Shown here piece by piece: positions 28,436 through 35,958 of a stretch of 64,000 nucleotides of DNA. Every line of letters begins with the position of its first letter. Position 1 is the first letter of the stretch. This DNA is from Terriglobia bacterium. Lineage in GTDB: Bacteria > Acidobacteriota > Terriglobia > Versatilivoradales > Versatilivoraceae. The translations under genes were made by a program, and so were the position numbers. The stretch is taken from NCBI GenBank assembly GCA_963663845.2, contig OY760650.2, positions 3,149,509 through 3,213,508 of the forward strand, in the 5' to 3' direction. The notes beneath the pieces are model-generated. The model searched no databases. It was given only the letters and a program-made list of their open reading frames with translations, and had not been told where the DNA came from.

Positions 28436-31400
28436 TCAGTTCATCCGGACCGAGACCAGCTTGGACACGCCGGCCTCTTCCATGGTCACTCCATAGAGGG
28501 CGTCAGCCGCCTCCATGGTCCGCTTGCTGTGGGTGATGAGCAGGAACTGGGTCTCCCCGCTCATGGATTTGATCTTCTGCGAGTATCGCCCCAGGTTGAC
28601 GTCGTCCAGGGGAGCGTCGACTTCGTCGAGGACGCAAAAAGGGCTGGGCTGGTAGCTGAATATGGCCAGCAGAAGGGCGATGGCGGTCAAGGCCTTTTCG
28701 CCGCCCGAGAGCAGCAGCACGTTCTGCAATCGTTTCCCCGGAGGCTGGGCGACGATCTCGATCCCCGTGTCCAGCAGATCCCGAGGATCCAGCAGTTTCA
28801 TTTCGCCCCGTCCCCCGCCGAACAGTTCCCGAAAACTTTCCCTGAAGTTCAGGTTCACGGCGTCGAAGGCCTGCTGAAACTGCTCGCAGGAGACCTCGTC
28901 GATCTCGCGGATGGCGGCGCCGGTGTCCTCTATGGAATCGAGCAGGTCCTGGCGCTGCCGGTTGAGGAAGTCGAATCGCTCCTCGCATTCCTGGAATTCC
29001 TCCAGGGCCATCATGTTCACCGGTCCCATCGAATCCAGGCGGTTCCTGAGCCGGAGGTATCGTTCCTCGGCCATCCGAAAGGTCTCCGGGTCGAATTCGC
29101 CGGCCTCCTCCACCTGGAGCGATTCCAGGGGTTCCCCCAGCTCCTGGCGGCAGGTTTCCTCCAGGTGGGAATAGCCGGAGGCCAGCCGGGCCCGGTCGAC
29201 CTCGATTTGCGTCTTCCGGTTCCTCAGATCGTCCAGTTCCAGGCGCCACCCCTGCAGCTCTTCTCCCAGTTGCGCCTGGGCCTTTCGGGACGCCTCCAAC
29301 CGGCCCTCCCCGATCCGGATCTCGGCCTCCAGGGAAGCGCGCTGCACGGCTCGATTGAAGACGGTCTCCTCCAGTTGTCGAACCGAGGTCTGCAGCTCCA
29401 GGCTCTGACCGGACCACTCCTCCCGCTGGGCATTGAGCCTGGTCCTGCGTTGGAGGCAGGCTTGCAGGTTGGCTCGAACCCGTTCCAGGTCGGCCTCGGT
29501 AGCGAGTTTGCGCTCACCGCAGGCGGCCAGCTCCGAGCCGATCAGGCTGAGCTGCTGCGAACGTTGCAGCCATTCGTCCCTCAAGCGGCGCCAGTCGGCC
29601 TGATTCGATTCGATGGCCTGGTCCACCTCGGTCTTGCGTGCTTCGGCCCCAGTGATTTCCGATCCGGACCGATGGCGGCGCCGGCCGATTTCCGACCGCT
29701 CCTGGGCCACGCTCCCGATTTCCCCGGCAAGGTCCCGCTCCCTTTGGGCAAGGCGTTGGAGTTCGCCGGCGAGGGTCTCCAGGCGGTGGTTGGAACCCAC
29801 CAGCTCCTTTTCCAGCTCCTGCGACTGCCGGTTCACCCGGGTCAGCTCCTCCTGGCGGGCCTGCACCGATTGGTCCAGCGCCGTGAACCGTTCCTCCAGC
29901 AACAGCAGATCCCGGCGGGCCGATTCGAGCCGGCGGTCCAGCTCGCGGATCTCTCGCTTCAGGGAGAGGTGTCCGCGCTGGTCCCCGCTGCCGCCGGAAA
30001 TGAGCTGTCCGCGAAACACCTCTCCCTGCGGCGTCAGCACGGTCAACTTCGGGTGGGCTCGAGCGATCTCCAGGGCCGCCTCGTAACTGGGGGCAATGAG
30101 GCTGTGGAACAGATGGGGAAGGGCGGAACGGAGGCGCTGCCGGTGTTGGGAGGGAAGGCGAATGACGGCGCTCATGGGAATCAGCCGCGGGTCTCGATCG
30201 GCCAGGTCCCGGATCAGGGCTTCGAGGGTGTCGGGAACCGGATCCGAGGCTCCGTTGCCGGGGAAGAGAAAGGTGGATCTGCCGGCGCCGCTCTTGCGCA
30301 GCAGATCGATGCCTTCCCGCGCGTTGGATGGAGAATCCACCAGGAAATATTCCAGCTCGTGACGCACGAACTGTTCCACGGTCTTCTCGTGCTCGGCATC
30401 CACTTCCACCAGGTCGGCCAGGATCCCGTGGGTCCGAAAGTCGGCGCCCCCGGACCGGTCGGCCACCGACAGCAGCATCCGCACCGACTCGGCGCTGTAG
30501 GCGTGATGGGCGGCCAGCTCCTGAAGAGACTGGAGCCGTTGATCCTGCGCGCTGAGGTCTTCCCGTTTCTCGGCCACCTGACGCCGCGCTCGAACCTGCT
30601 CCTCCTGCTGCCGGCTCAACTCGGTCGAGAGCCCATCGACCCTGCCGGTCAACTCGCGCAGGCTTGCCTCTTTCAGGGCGTGCCGGCTGCCGGTCTCTTC
30701 GCGGGAGTCCGCCAGGTTCTGACGATCGCGGGATGCCTGCCTGCGATCGTTTTCCAGGCGCCCGGCCTGTAGCGCCAATTGCTTTTCCTGCTCCTCCAAC
30801 TGAAGGGTGGCGCTGCGAAGGGTTGCGGCTCGACTCAGCAGTTCCAGTTGTTCCGACCGCAGCCGGTCACCCGAGGCTTCCAGCTCGCCCAGCCTTCGCT
30901 GGCGGAGCACCTGTTCCCGGTTGCGAGCGTCGTACTGCTCCTCCAGGCCGTCGAACTGCCGGATCACCTCTTGGAGGGCCTGCTGCTTTTCGCCGGCTTG
31001 GGCCTGGAGCTGTTCCTCCTGCTCCGAGAGCAACTGGAGCTCGAGAGCGTTTTCTCGAGACCGGACCCCCAGTTGGTCGAACCGGTCTTTCTGATGCTGA
31101 ATCGTCTGCTGGTCCCGCTGGCTGTCCATCTGCAGCCGGGACAACTGTTCGCGTTGCCCTTTCAAGGCGGTTTCGGCCTCGAAGTGGGCGTCGTTCTCCC
31201 GGCGAAAATGCGTCTCCTGGTCCTGGATGAAGTCCTGTTTGCCATCGACCTGGTCCCGGAGTTGCTCGAACTGTTCCGAAACCCGGCTCAGTTGGGCTTT
31301 CAGGCGGCGGGCGCGGGCGGAGAAGAGGCTCTTGGAGAGTTCCCGGGCTTCCTGACTGAGCTCCCGGTAGCGCCGAGCCTTGCCGGCCTGGCGCTTGAGG

Positions 31401-32197
31401 GCCTCGAGCTGGCGGGAAACCTCCTCGGTGATGTCGTTGACACGGAGCAGGTTCTGCCTGGCCTGCTCCAGCTTCGAGGCAGCCAGCTTGCGCTTGACCT
31501 TGAATCGGGTGACGCCCGCGGCCTCCTCGATGATGGCCCGTCGATCGGAGGGTTTGGAGCTGAGGATCAGTCCTACCCGGTCCTGCTCGATCAGCGCGTA
31601 GGAATCCGGCCCCAGTCCGGTTCCCAGGAATATCTCCTGAACGTCCCGCAGCCGGACCTTCCTGCCGTTGAGCAGGTACTCGCTCGCTCCCGAACGAAAG
31701 AGGCGCCGGGAAACCACCAGCTCTCCCGGATTGGCCGGCGGGCCGGGTTGCCTTCCCTTCTTTCTGGAGGCCGGGGCCGGCCCGGCCTCGAAGGGAAGGG
31801 CCGGGCCGGATCCCTCCATCCTGGCCTCGCCCTTCCGAGGGGAGCCGTCGCGGCCGGATGCCGGGCCATTGCCGGACGAATCCGCGGTTGAGGCGGAGGG
31901 GGCGGTCGAGGCCGGCTTCTCCATGCTCTCCGGATCGAACAGGACCACGCTGACCTCGGCCAGCCCCAGGGGCAGCCGGGAGCGGGTGCCGTTGAAAATG
32001 ACGTCCCGCATTCTCCCGCCGCGAAGGGTTCGGGCGCTCTGCTCCCCCAACACCCATGCGATGGCATCCGAGATGTTGCTCTTCCCGCAGCCGTTGGGCC
32101 CGACGATAGCGGCGATGCCGGTTCCGTCGAAAGTCAGCTCGGTTTTATCTGCGAAGGACTTGAACCCTTGAATCCGGATTTGCTTCAGTTTCAGCAA
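28436..32197 (-). CDS. smc: chromosome segregation protein SMC
   Basis: 1253 aa. Walker A 'GPNGCGKSN', long coiled coils, hinge, signature 'LSGGEKALTAIALLLA', Walker B 'FCVLDEVDAPLD'. Confidence 0.97.
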   Translation of the reverse strand: MLKLKQIRIQGFKSFADKTELTFDGTGIAAIVGPNGCGKSNISDAIAWVLGEQSARTLRGGRMRDVIFNGTRSRLPLGLAEVSVVLFDPESMEKPASTAPSASTADSSGNGPASGRDGSPRKGEARMEGSGPALPFEAGPAPASRKKGRQPGPPANPGELVVSRRLFRSGASEYLLNGRKVRLRDVQEIFLGTGLGPDSYALIEQDRVGLILSSKPSDRRAIIEEAAGVTRFKVKRKLAASKLEQARQNLLRVNDITEEVSRQLEALKRQAGKARRYRELSQEARELSKSLFSARARRLKAQLSRVSEQFEQLRDQVDGKQDFIQDQETHFRRENDAHFEAETALKGQREQLSRLQMDSQRDQQTIQHQKDRFDQLGVRSRENALELQLLSEQEEQLQAQAGEKQQALQEVIRQFDGLEEQYDARNREQVLRQRRLGELEASGDRLRSEQLELLSRAATLRSATLQLEEQEKQLALQAGRLENDRRQASRDRQNLADSREETGSRHALKEASLRELTGRVDGLSTELSRQQEEQVRARRQVAEKREDLSAQDQRLQSLQELAAHHAYSAESVRMLLSVADRSGGADFRTHGILADLVEVDAEHEKTVEQFVRHELEYFLVDSPSNAREGIDLLRKSGAGRSTFLFPGNGASDPVPDTLEALIRDLADRDPRLIPMSAVIRLPSQHRQRLRSALPHLFHSLIAPSYEAALEIARAHPKLTVLTPQGEVFRGQLISGGSGDQRGHLSLKREIRELDRRLESARRDLLLLEERFTALDQSVQARQEELTRVNRQSQELEKELVGSNHRLETLAGELQRLAQRERDLAGEIGSVAQERSEIGRRRHRSGSEITGAEARKTEVDQAIESNQADWRRLRDEWLQRSQQLSLIGSELAACGERKLATEADLERVRANLQACLQRRTRLNAQREEWSGQSLELQTSVRQLEETVFNRAVQRASLEAEIRIGEGRLEASRKAQAQLGEELQGWRLELDDLRNRKTQIEVDRARLASGYSHLEETCRQELGEPLESLQVEEAGEFDPETFRMAEERYLRLRNRLDSMGPVNMMALEEFQECEERFDFLNRQRQDLLDSIEDTGAAIREIDEVSCEQFQQAFDAVNLNFRESFRELFGGGRGEMKLLDPRDLLDTGIEIVAQPPGKRLQNVLLLSGGEKALTAIALLLAIFSYQPSPFCVLDEVDAPLDDVNLGRYSQKIKSMSGETQFLLITHSKRTMEAADALYGVTMEEAGVSKLVSVRMN

Positions 32198-32342
32198 TAG
32201 GAAGGCACCCTCGAAGGCTTACCGCCCACTGGATAACGTTGGGTTCGACAGGGTCGGGACAAGGTAGGATTTCATGCTGACCCGGCGAGTGTACCACGGA
32301 TGGGACAGGAGTGCAAAGCGCCCTGGAAAGGACTCGCCCGTA

Positions 32343-32372
32343 TTGACTTATCAGTGAACAGCGGTCTATTCT
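32343..32372 (+). promoter_or_regulatory. candidate promoter upstream of cysS
   Basis: TTGACT-17/18 nt-CTATTC/TATTCT, about 90 nt upstream of the GTG start. Confidence 0.3.
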
Positions 32373-32459
32373 AGGCCCGAAAATCGACCCGACCCCAAGT
32401 CGTATTCGGTCGGGCGGAAGGCGCCGCCGGGCCGAGGCCCCCTGCAGGAGATTTCACTC

Positions 32460-33851
32460 GTGTTGCGGTTGTCCAATACCCTCTCCGGAAGGATCGAACC
32501 CTTTCAGCCGCTGGAGCCCCGGCAGGTCCGAATGTACACCTGCGGTCCTACGGTGTACGACTTCGTCCACATCGGAAACCTCAGGACCTTCGTCTTCCAG
32601 GACGTTCTGAAGCGCTATCTGCGGCACAAGGGCTTCGGGGTCTTTCACGTCATGAACATCACCGACGTCGACGACAAGACCATCCGCAACTCCGAGGCGC
32701 AGACCGTCGCTCAGCTCAGAACGTTTACCGACCGCTTTACCCAGGCCTTTTTCGAGGACTGCGATCGGCTGGGCATCGAGAAGCCCGACCGGGCCGTTCA
32801 CGCCACCGATCACATCGACGACATGGTGGCCCTGATCCGGCAGCTTCAGTCCGGAGGCTACACCTACGAGCAGGACGGATCGATCTATTTCCGCATCGAG
32901 GCCTTCGGGGACTACGGGAAGCTGGCCAAGCTGGACCGGGAGGGAATTCGGGTGGGGGCCCGGGTGGACGTGGACGAATACGACAAGCAGGATGCGCGGG
33001 ACTTCGTCTTGTGGAAGGCTCCCAGGAACGGGGAACCTCGATGGGAGACCCCCCTGGGTCCCGGCCGGCCGGGTTGGCACATCGAGTGTTCAGCCATGAG
33101 CATGAAATACCTGGGCGAGACCTTCGACCTGCATTGCGGAGCGGTGGATCTCATCTTTCCCCACCACGAGAACGAGATTGCTCAAAGCGAGGCCGCCACC
33201 GCCAAGCCCTTCGTGCGCTACTGGGTCCACGGGGAGCATCTCATCGTGGACGGCGAGAAGATGTCCAAGTCCAAGGGCAACTTCTTCACCCTGCGGGACC
33301 TGCTGGAGAAGGGGATTCAACCGGGAGCCATCCGCTACGCTCTGCAAAGCGTTCCCTACAAGCGCCAGCTCAACTTCACGGCGGACGCCGTCAAGCAGGC
33401 CGGGGCCTCGCTCCAGCGGCTGCGCGACTTCAGGCAGCGGATCGAAACCGAGACTCTGCCGAGGGGCGCCGGCGCCGAGCTCCAGGCCGGCTGCAAGGCG
33501 GTTCTGGAGAAGTTCGAGGAGGCCATGGACCAGGACCTCAACACGGCCCAGGCCCTGGCCGCCATCTTCGACTGGGTGCGCGAGGTCAATACCGCCCTGG
33601 CGGCCGGCCGGGTCCATGACGGCGACGGCTCGGCGATTCTGGCGACCATGGACAGGCTCAACCGGGTCCTGCCGCTGTGGGAGTCTGAAGAACCCGGGCC
33701 GGACCCCCGCATCCAAGGCCTGATCGAGCAAAGAAGCCGGGCGCGGCAGGCCCGAGACTTCGCCCTGGCCGACGAGCTCCGCAACCGGATCTTCGACCTG
33801 GGCTACCTGGTCGAGGACACCAGGGACGGCGTCCGCTGGAAGAAGCGATAG
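32460..33851 (+). CDS. cysS: cysteine--tRNA ligase
   Basis: 463 aa. 'CGPTVYDFVHIGNLRT' (HIGH) and 'KMSKSKGN' (KMSKS). Confidence 0.97.
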   Translation: MLRLSNTLSGRIEPFQPLEPRQVRMYTCGPTVYDFVHIGNLRTFVFQDVLKRYLRHKGFGVFHVMNITDVDDKTIRNSEAQTVAQLRTFTDRFTQAFFEDCDRLGIEKPDRAVHATDHIDDMVALIRQLQSGGYTYEQDGSIYFRIEAFGDYGKLAKLDREGIRVGARVDVDEYDKQDARDFVLWKAPRNGEPRWETPLGPGRPGWHIECSAMSMKYLGETFDLHCGAVDLIFPHHENEIAQSEAATAKPFVRYWVHGEHLIVDGEKMSKSKGNFFTLRDLLEKGIQPGAIRYALQSVPYKRQLNFTADAVKQAGASLQRLRDFRQRIETETLPRGAGAELQAGCKAVLEKFEEAMDQDLNTAQALAAIFDWVREVNTALAAGRVHDGDGSAILATMDRLNRVLPLWESEEPGPDPRIQGLIEQRSRARQARDFALADELRNRIFDLGYLVEDTRDGVRWKKR

Positions 33852-33997
33852 ACCCGGTTCCGAACCGACTCCCACCGAGCCGGTCTGCCCCGCGGGCGCT
33901 CCCTCGGGCAGAACAGAAAAGCTCTCCCTCCTCGTTGCTCAAATTCTCCCCGGGCATCTCTCCCTCCACAACCGGTTGACTGAATCCGACAGATCCA

Positions 33998-34483
33998 TTG
34001 GGTCGGGCTGCCATCCGTGCGGGGGACCCGGTGCGCTCCACCTGGTTTGAAAAGGGAAAACGTTGGCTTGCCGGATGGCGCTTCGCCCGGTCCCGGGACC
34101 CGGGCCGGCCCAACACCTCCGAAACCGGCATGAAAGGAGAATTGGTCGCCTATGCCTACCTGAAGCGGCGAGGGTATCGGATTGTCGCCCACCGCTACCG
34201 CAGCTGCTCGGGGGAGATCGATCTCATTGGTTGGGACGGTGACATCCTGGCCTTCATCGAGGTGAAATATCGCCGGAATCGTCTCTACGGAGGTCCCGAG
34301 GAAGCGGTGGACCTTGCCAAGCAGCGGCAGATCTGCGGGGCAGCCGCCGACTATCGCCGCGGACTTCGCCGCCGGGCGGCTGCCTGGCGCTTCGACATCG
34401 TGGGCATTCAAGGGAGCTGGGCGGACCCGGAAGTCTTCCTCATCAAGGACGCCTTCAGGGAGCCGGGGAGGGTCGGTTGGTAG
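33998..34483 (+). CDS. yraN: YraN-family (UPF0102) endonuclease-like protein
   Basis: 'GELVAYAYLKRRGYRIVAHRYRSCSGEIDLIGWDGDILAFIEVKYRR'. Start uncertain (ATG 34130 is an alternative). Confidence 0.8.
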   Translation: MGRAAIRAGDPVRSTWFEKGKRWLAGWRFARSRDPGRPNTSETGMKGELVAYAYLKRRGYRIVAHRYRSCSGEIDLIGWDGDILAFIEVKYRRNRLYGGPEEAVDLAKQRQICGAAADYRRGLRRRAAAWRFDIVGIQGSWADPEVFLIKDAFREPGRVGW

Positions 34484-34486
34484 CCC

Positions 34487-34515
34487 CCGTTCCCCGCAGG
34501 CGCGGGGATGAACCG
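34487..34515 (+). repeat. orphan type I-E CRISPR repeat (28/29 identical to the array consensus)
   Basis: CCGTTCCCCGCAGGCGCGGGGATGAACCG, 4 nt after the yraN stop. No second repeat within 61 nt. Confidence 0.9.
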
Positions 34516-34621
34516 GCGACGCTCAAGCAACAGAGGCTTTCGATCAACCCATTGCATGCGGCCGCCGGCCTCTTCTCTCAGGGGCGAGCCCCCCTGGGAT
34601 TCTCGCGTTTCCCGCAGGGTC

Positions 34622-34650
34622 TTGACTTCAGAAGCAAACGGCGGCATAAA
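34622..34650 (+). promoter_or_regulatory. candidate promoter of DUF29 gene 1 (conserved with 53294-53322)
   Basis: TTGACT-17 nt-CATAAA. The same hexamers and spacing occur upstream of the second DUF29 gene. Confidence 0.45.
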
Positions 34651-34689
34651 CATGGCAACCCACCGCTTCACAAAGTCTGGAGGAAGACC

Positions 34690-35307
34690 ATGGCGACCGT
34701 TGCCGGAATTCCCGACACTCAGCAAGCTCGAGAGCAAAAGGGCCTCTACGATCGGGACTACTACACCTGGGCCCGGCAGCAGGCGGACGCCTTGAGGCGT
34801 CGCGATTTCGACGCTGTTGATTGGGAGAAGGTTACGGAGGAGATTGAAGCCTTGGTCAGGGGAGAAGAAAGCAGCCTCAGAAGCCAGTACACCCGGATCA
34901 TCGAGCATATGCTGAAGCTTCAATACCGCCAGGCTACGGAAATCGATCCGGTGGCGGGCTGGGAAAATTCCGTGGACAATGCCCGTACAGAGATCGATGA
35001 ACTATTGGAAGAAAGTCCTGGATTGAAGGACAAGCGCGATCCATTGTTTCAGGAGGCTTGGCCCCGCGCTAGAAGAAGAGCCATCAAGGCCCACGTGAAC
35101 CGTGCAACGGCAACGATCCGGAATGACTCGTTGCGCCACCGCGAACGCAAGCGGCTGACCCGTGAATGGAACCGCGCACTGCCTCGGGAAAACCCCTATA
35201 CCCGCCAGCAAGCTGAAGATTCAGACTGGCTTCCTCAGCGGCTACGCTTGACCAACCGTCCTCAGAGCCGACAGCAGCCCACCTCCAACATCGACAGGAC
35301 TCATTGA
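34690..35307 (+). CDS. DUF29-family protein, paralog 1
   Basis: 205 aa from ATG 34690 (GGAGG ribosome-binding site). 'YDRDYYTWARQQADALRRRDFDAVDWEKVTEEIEALVRGEESSLRSQYTRIIEHMLKLQY' is the DUF29 signature. Confidence 0.8.
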   Translation: MATVAGIPDTQQAREQKGLYDRDYYTWARQQADALRRRDFDAVDWEKVTEEIEALVRGEESSLRSQYTRIIEHMLKLQYRQATEIDPVAGWENSVDNARTEIDELLEESPGLKDKRDPLFQEAWPRARRRAIKAHVNRATATIRNDSLRHRERKRLTREWNRALPRENPYTRQQAEDSDWLPQRLRLTNRPQSRQQPTSNIDRTH

Positions 35308-35325
35308 AGGCCAACTTCGAGCCTT

Positions 35326-35859
35326 CTACCCATAAGACTCGCCGGATTCACTGGACACCGGCGCTTGCCACCCCGAGGCCTGGGCCGCAAGCACGATGCG
35401 GGCGCACGCTTCCGCATCCGACCCGGGATCATGGTGTCGCAACAGGATGCGGAGCCGCCGGCAGACACTGGGCAAACCTGTCGGGTAGATGCTCCACTGG
35501 GAGCGCGCAAGCTCCACCGTGCATGTGAACGGCAGCGCCGGCACGCGAATTCCGTACATGGCGCAACAGGCTCGGAGCACCCTGCTGTCAAAACGCGCGT
35601 TGTGGGCTGCGATGAACTCCACCGTATCGAACCAGGGGAGCAGTGTCGGCCAGAGATTGCCAAAGGTGGGCGCGTTGCGCACATCTTGCCAATGGAGGCC
35701 ATGAATATGAGAGAACTCGAACCGCGATGTCGGCGGCCGGATCAGGAATGAACGCGTAGCCTCAACTTTCCCGTTGCTCCCCTTTGCGAGGCCCACCGCG
35801 CAGGCACTGACCCTCTGAGCATTGGCAGTCTCGAAATCGATAGCGACGAAAGAATTCAT
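35326..35859 (-). CDS. DEDDh 3'-5' exonuclease (DnaQ/epsilon-like), stand-alone
   Basis: 177 aa. Exo I 'FVAIDFETAN', Exo II 'FIAAHNARFDSRVL', Exo III 'HHDPGSDAEACARI'. Confidence 0.8.
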   Translation of the reverse strand: MNSFVAIDFETANAQRVSACAVGLAKGSNGKVEATRSFLIRPPTSRFEFSHIHGLHWQDVRNAPTFGNLWPTLLPWFDTVEFIAAHNARFDSRVLRACCAMYGIRVPALPFTCTVELARSQWSIYPTGLPSVCRRLRILLRHHDPGSDAEACARIVLAAQASGWQAPVSSESGESYG

Positions 35860-35958
35860 CGCTCAAGACGGTATCATATGGCTTTCCGCATGGTCCAAGT
35901 CCAGGGCGGTCAGCAACGGTCACTTCAATCATCGGTTCATGAGGGCTGCTCCGAAAAA

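Noticed and set aside
33852-34130. Possible RNase P RNA or other ncRNA in the 280-nt gap before yraN.
   Set aside because: There is no GAGGAAAGTCCGGGC-type conserved region or other diagnostic motif. Part of the gap may be the yraN N-terminus.
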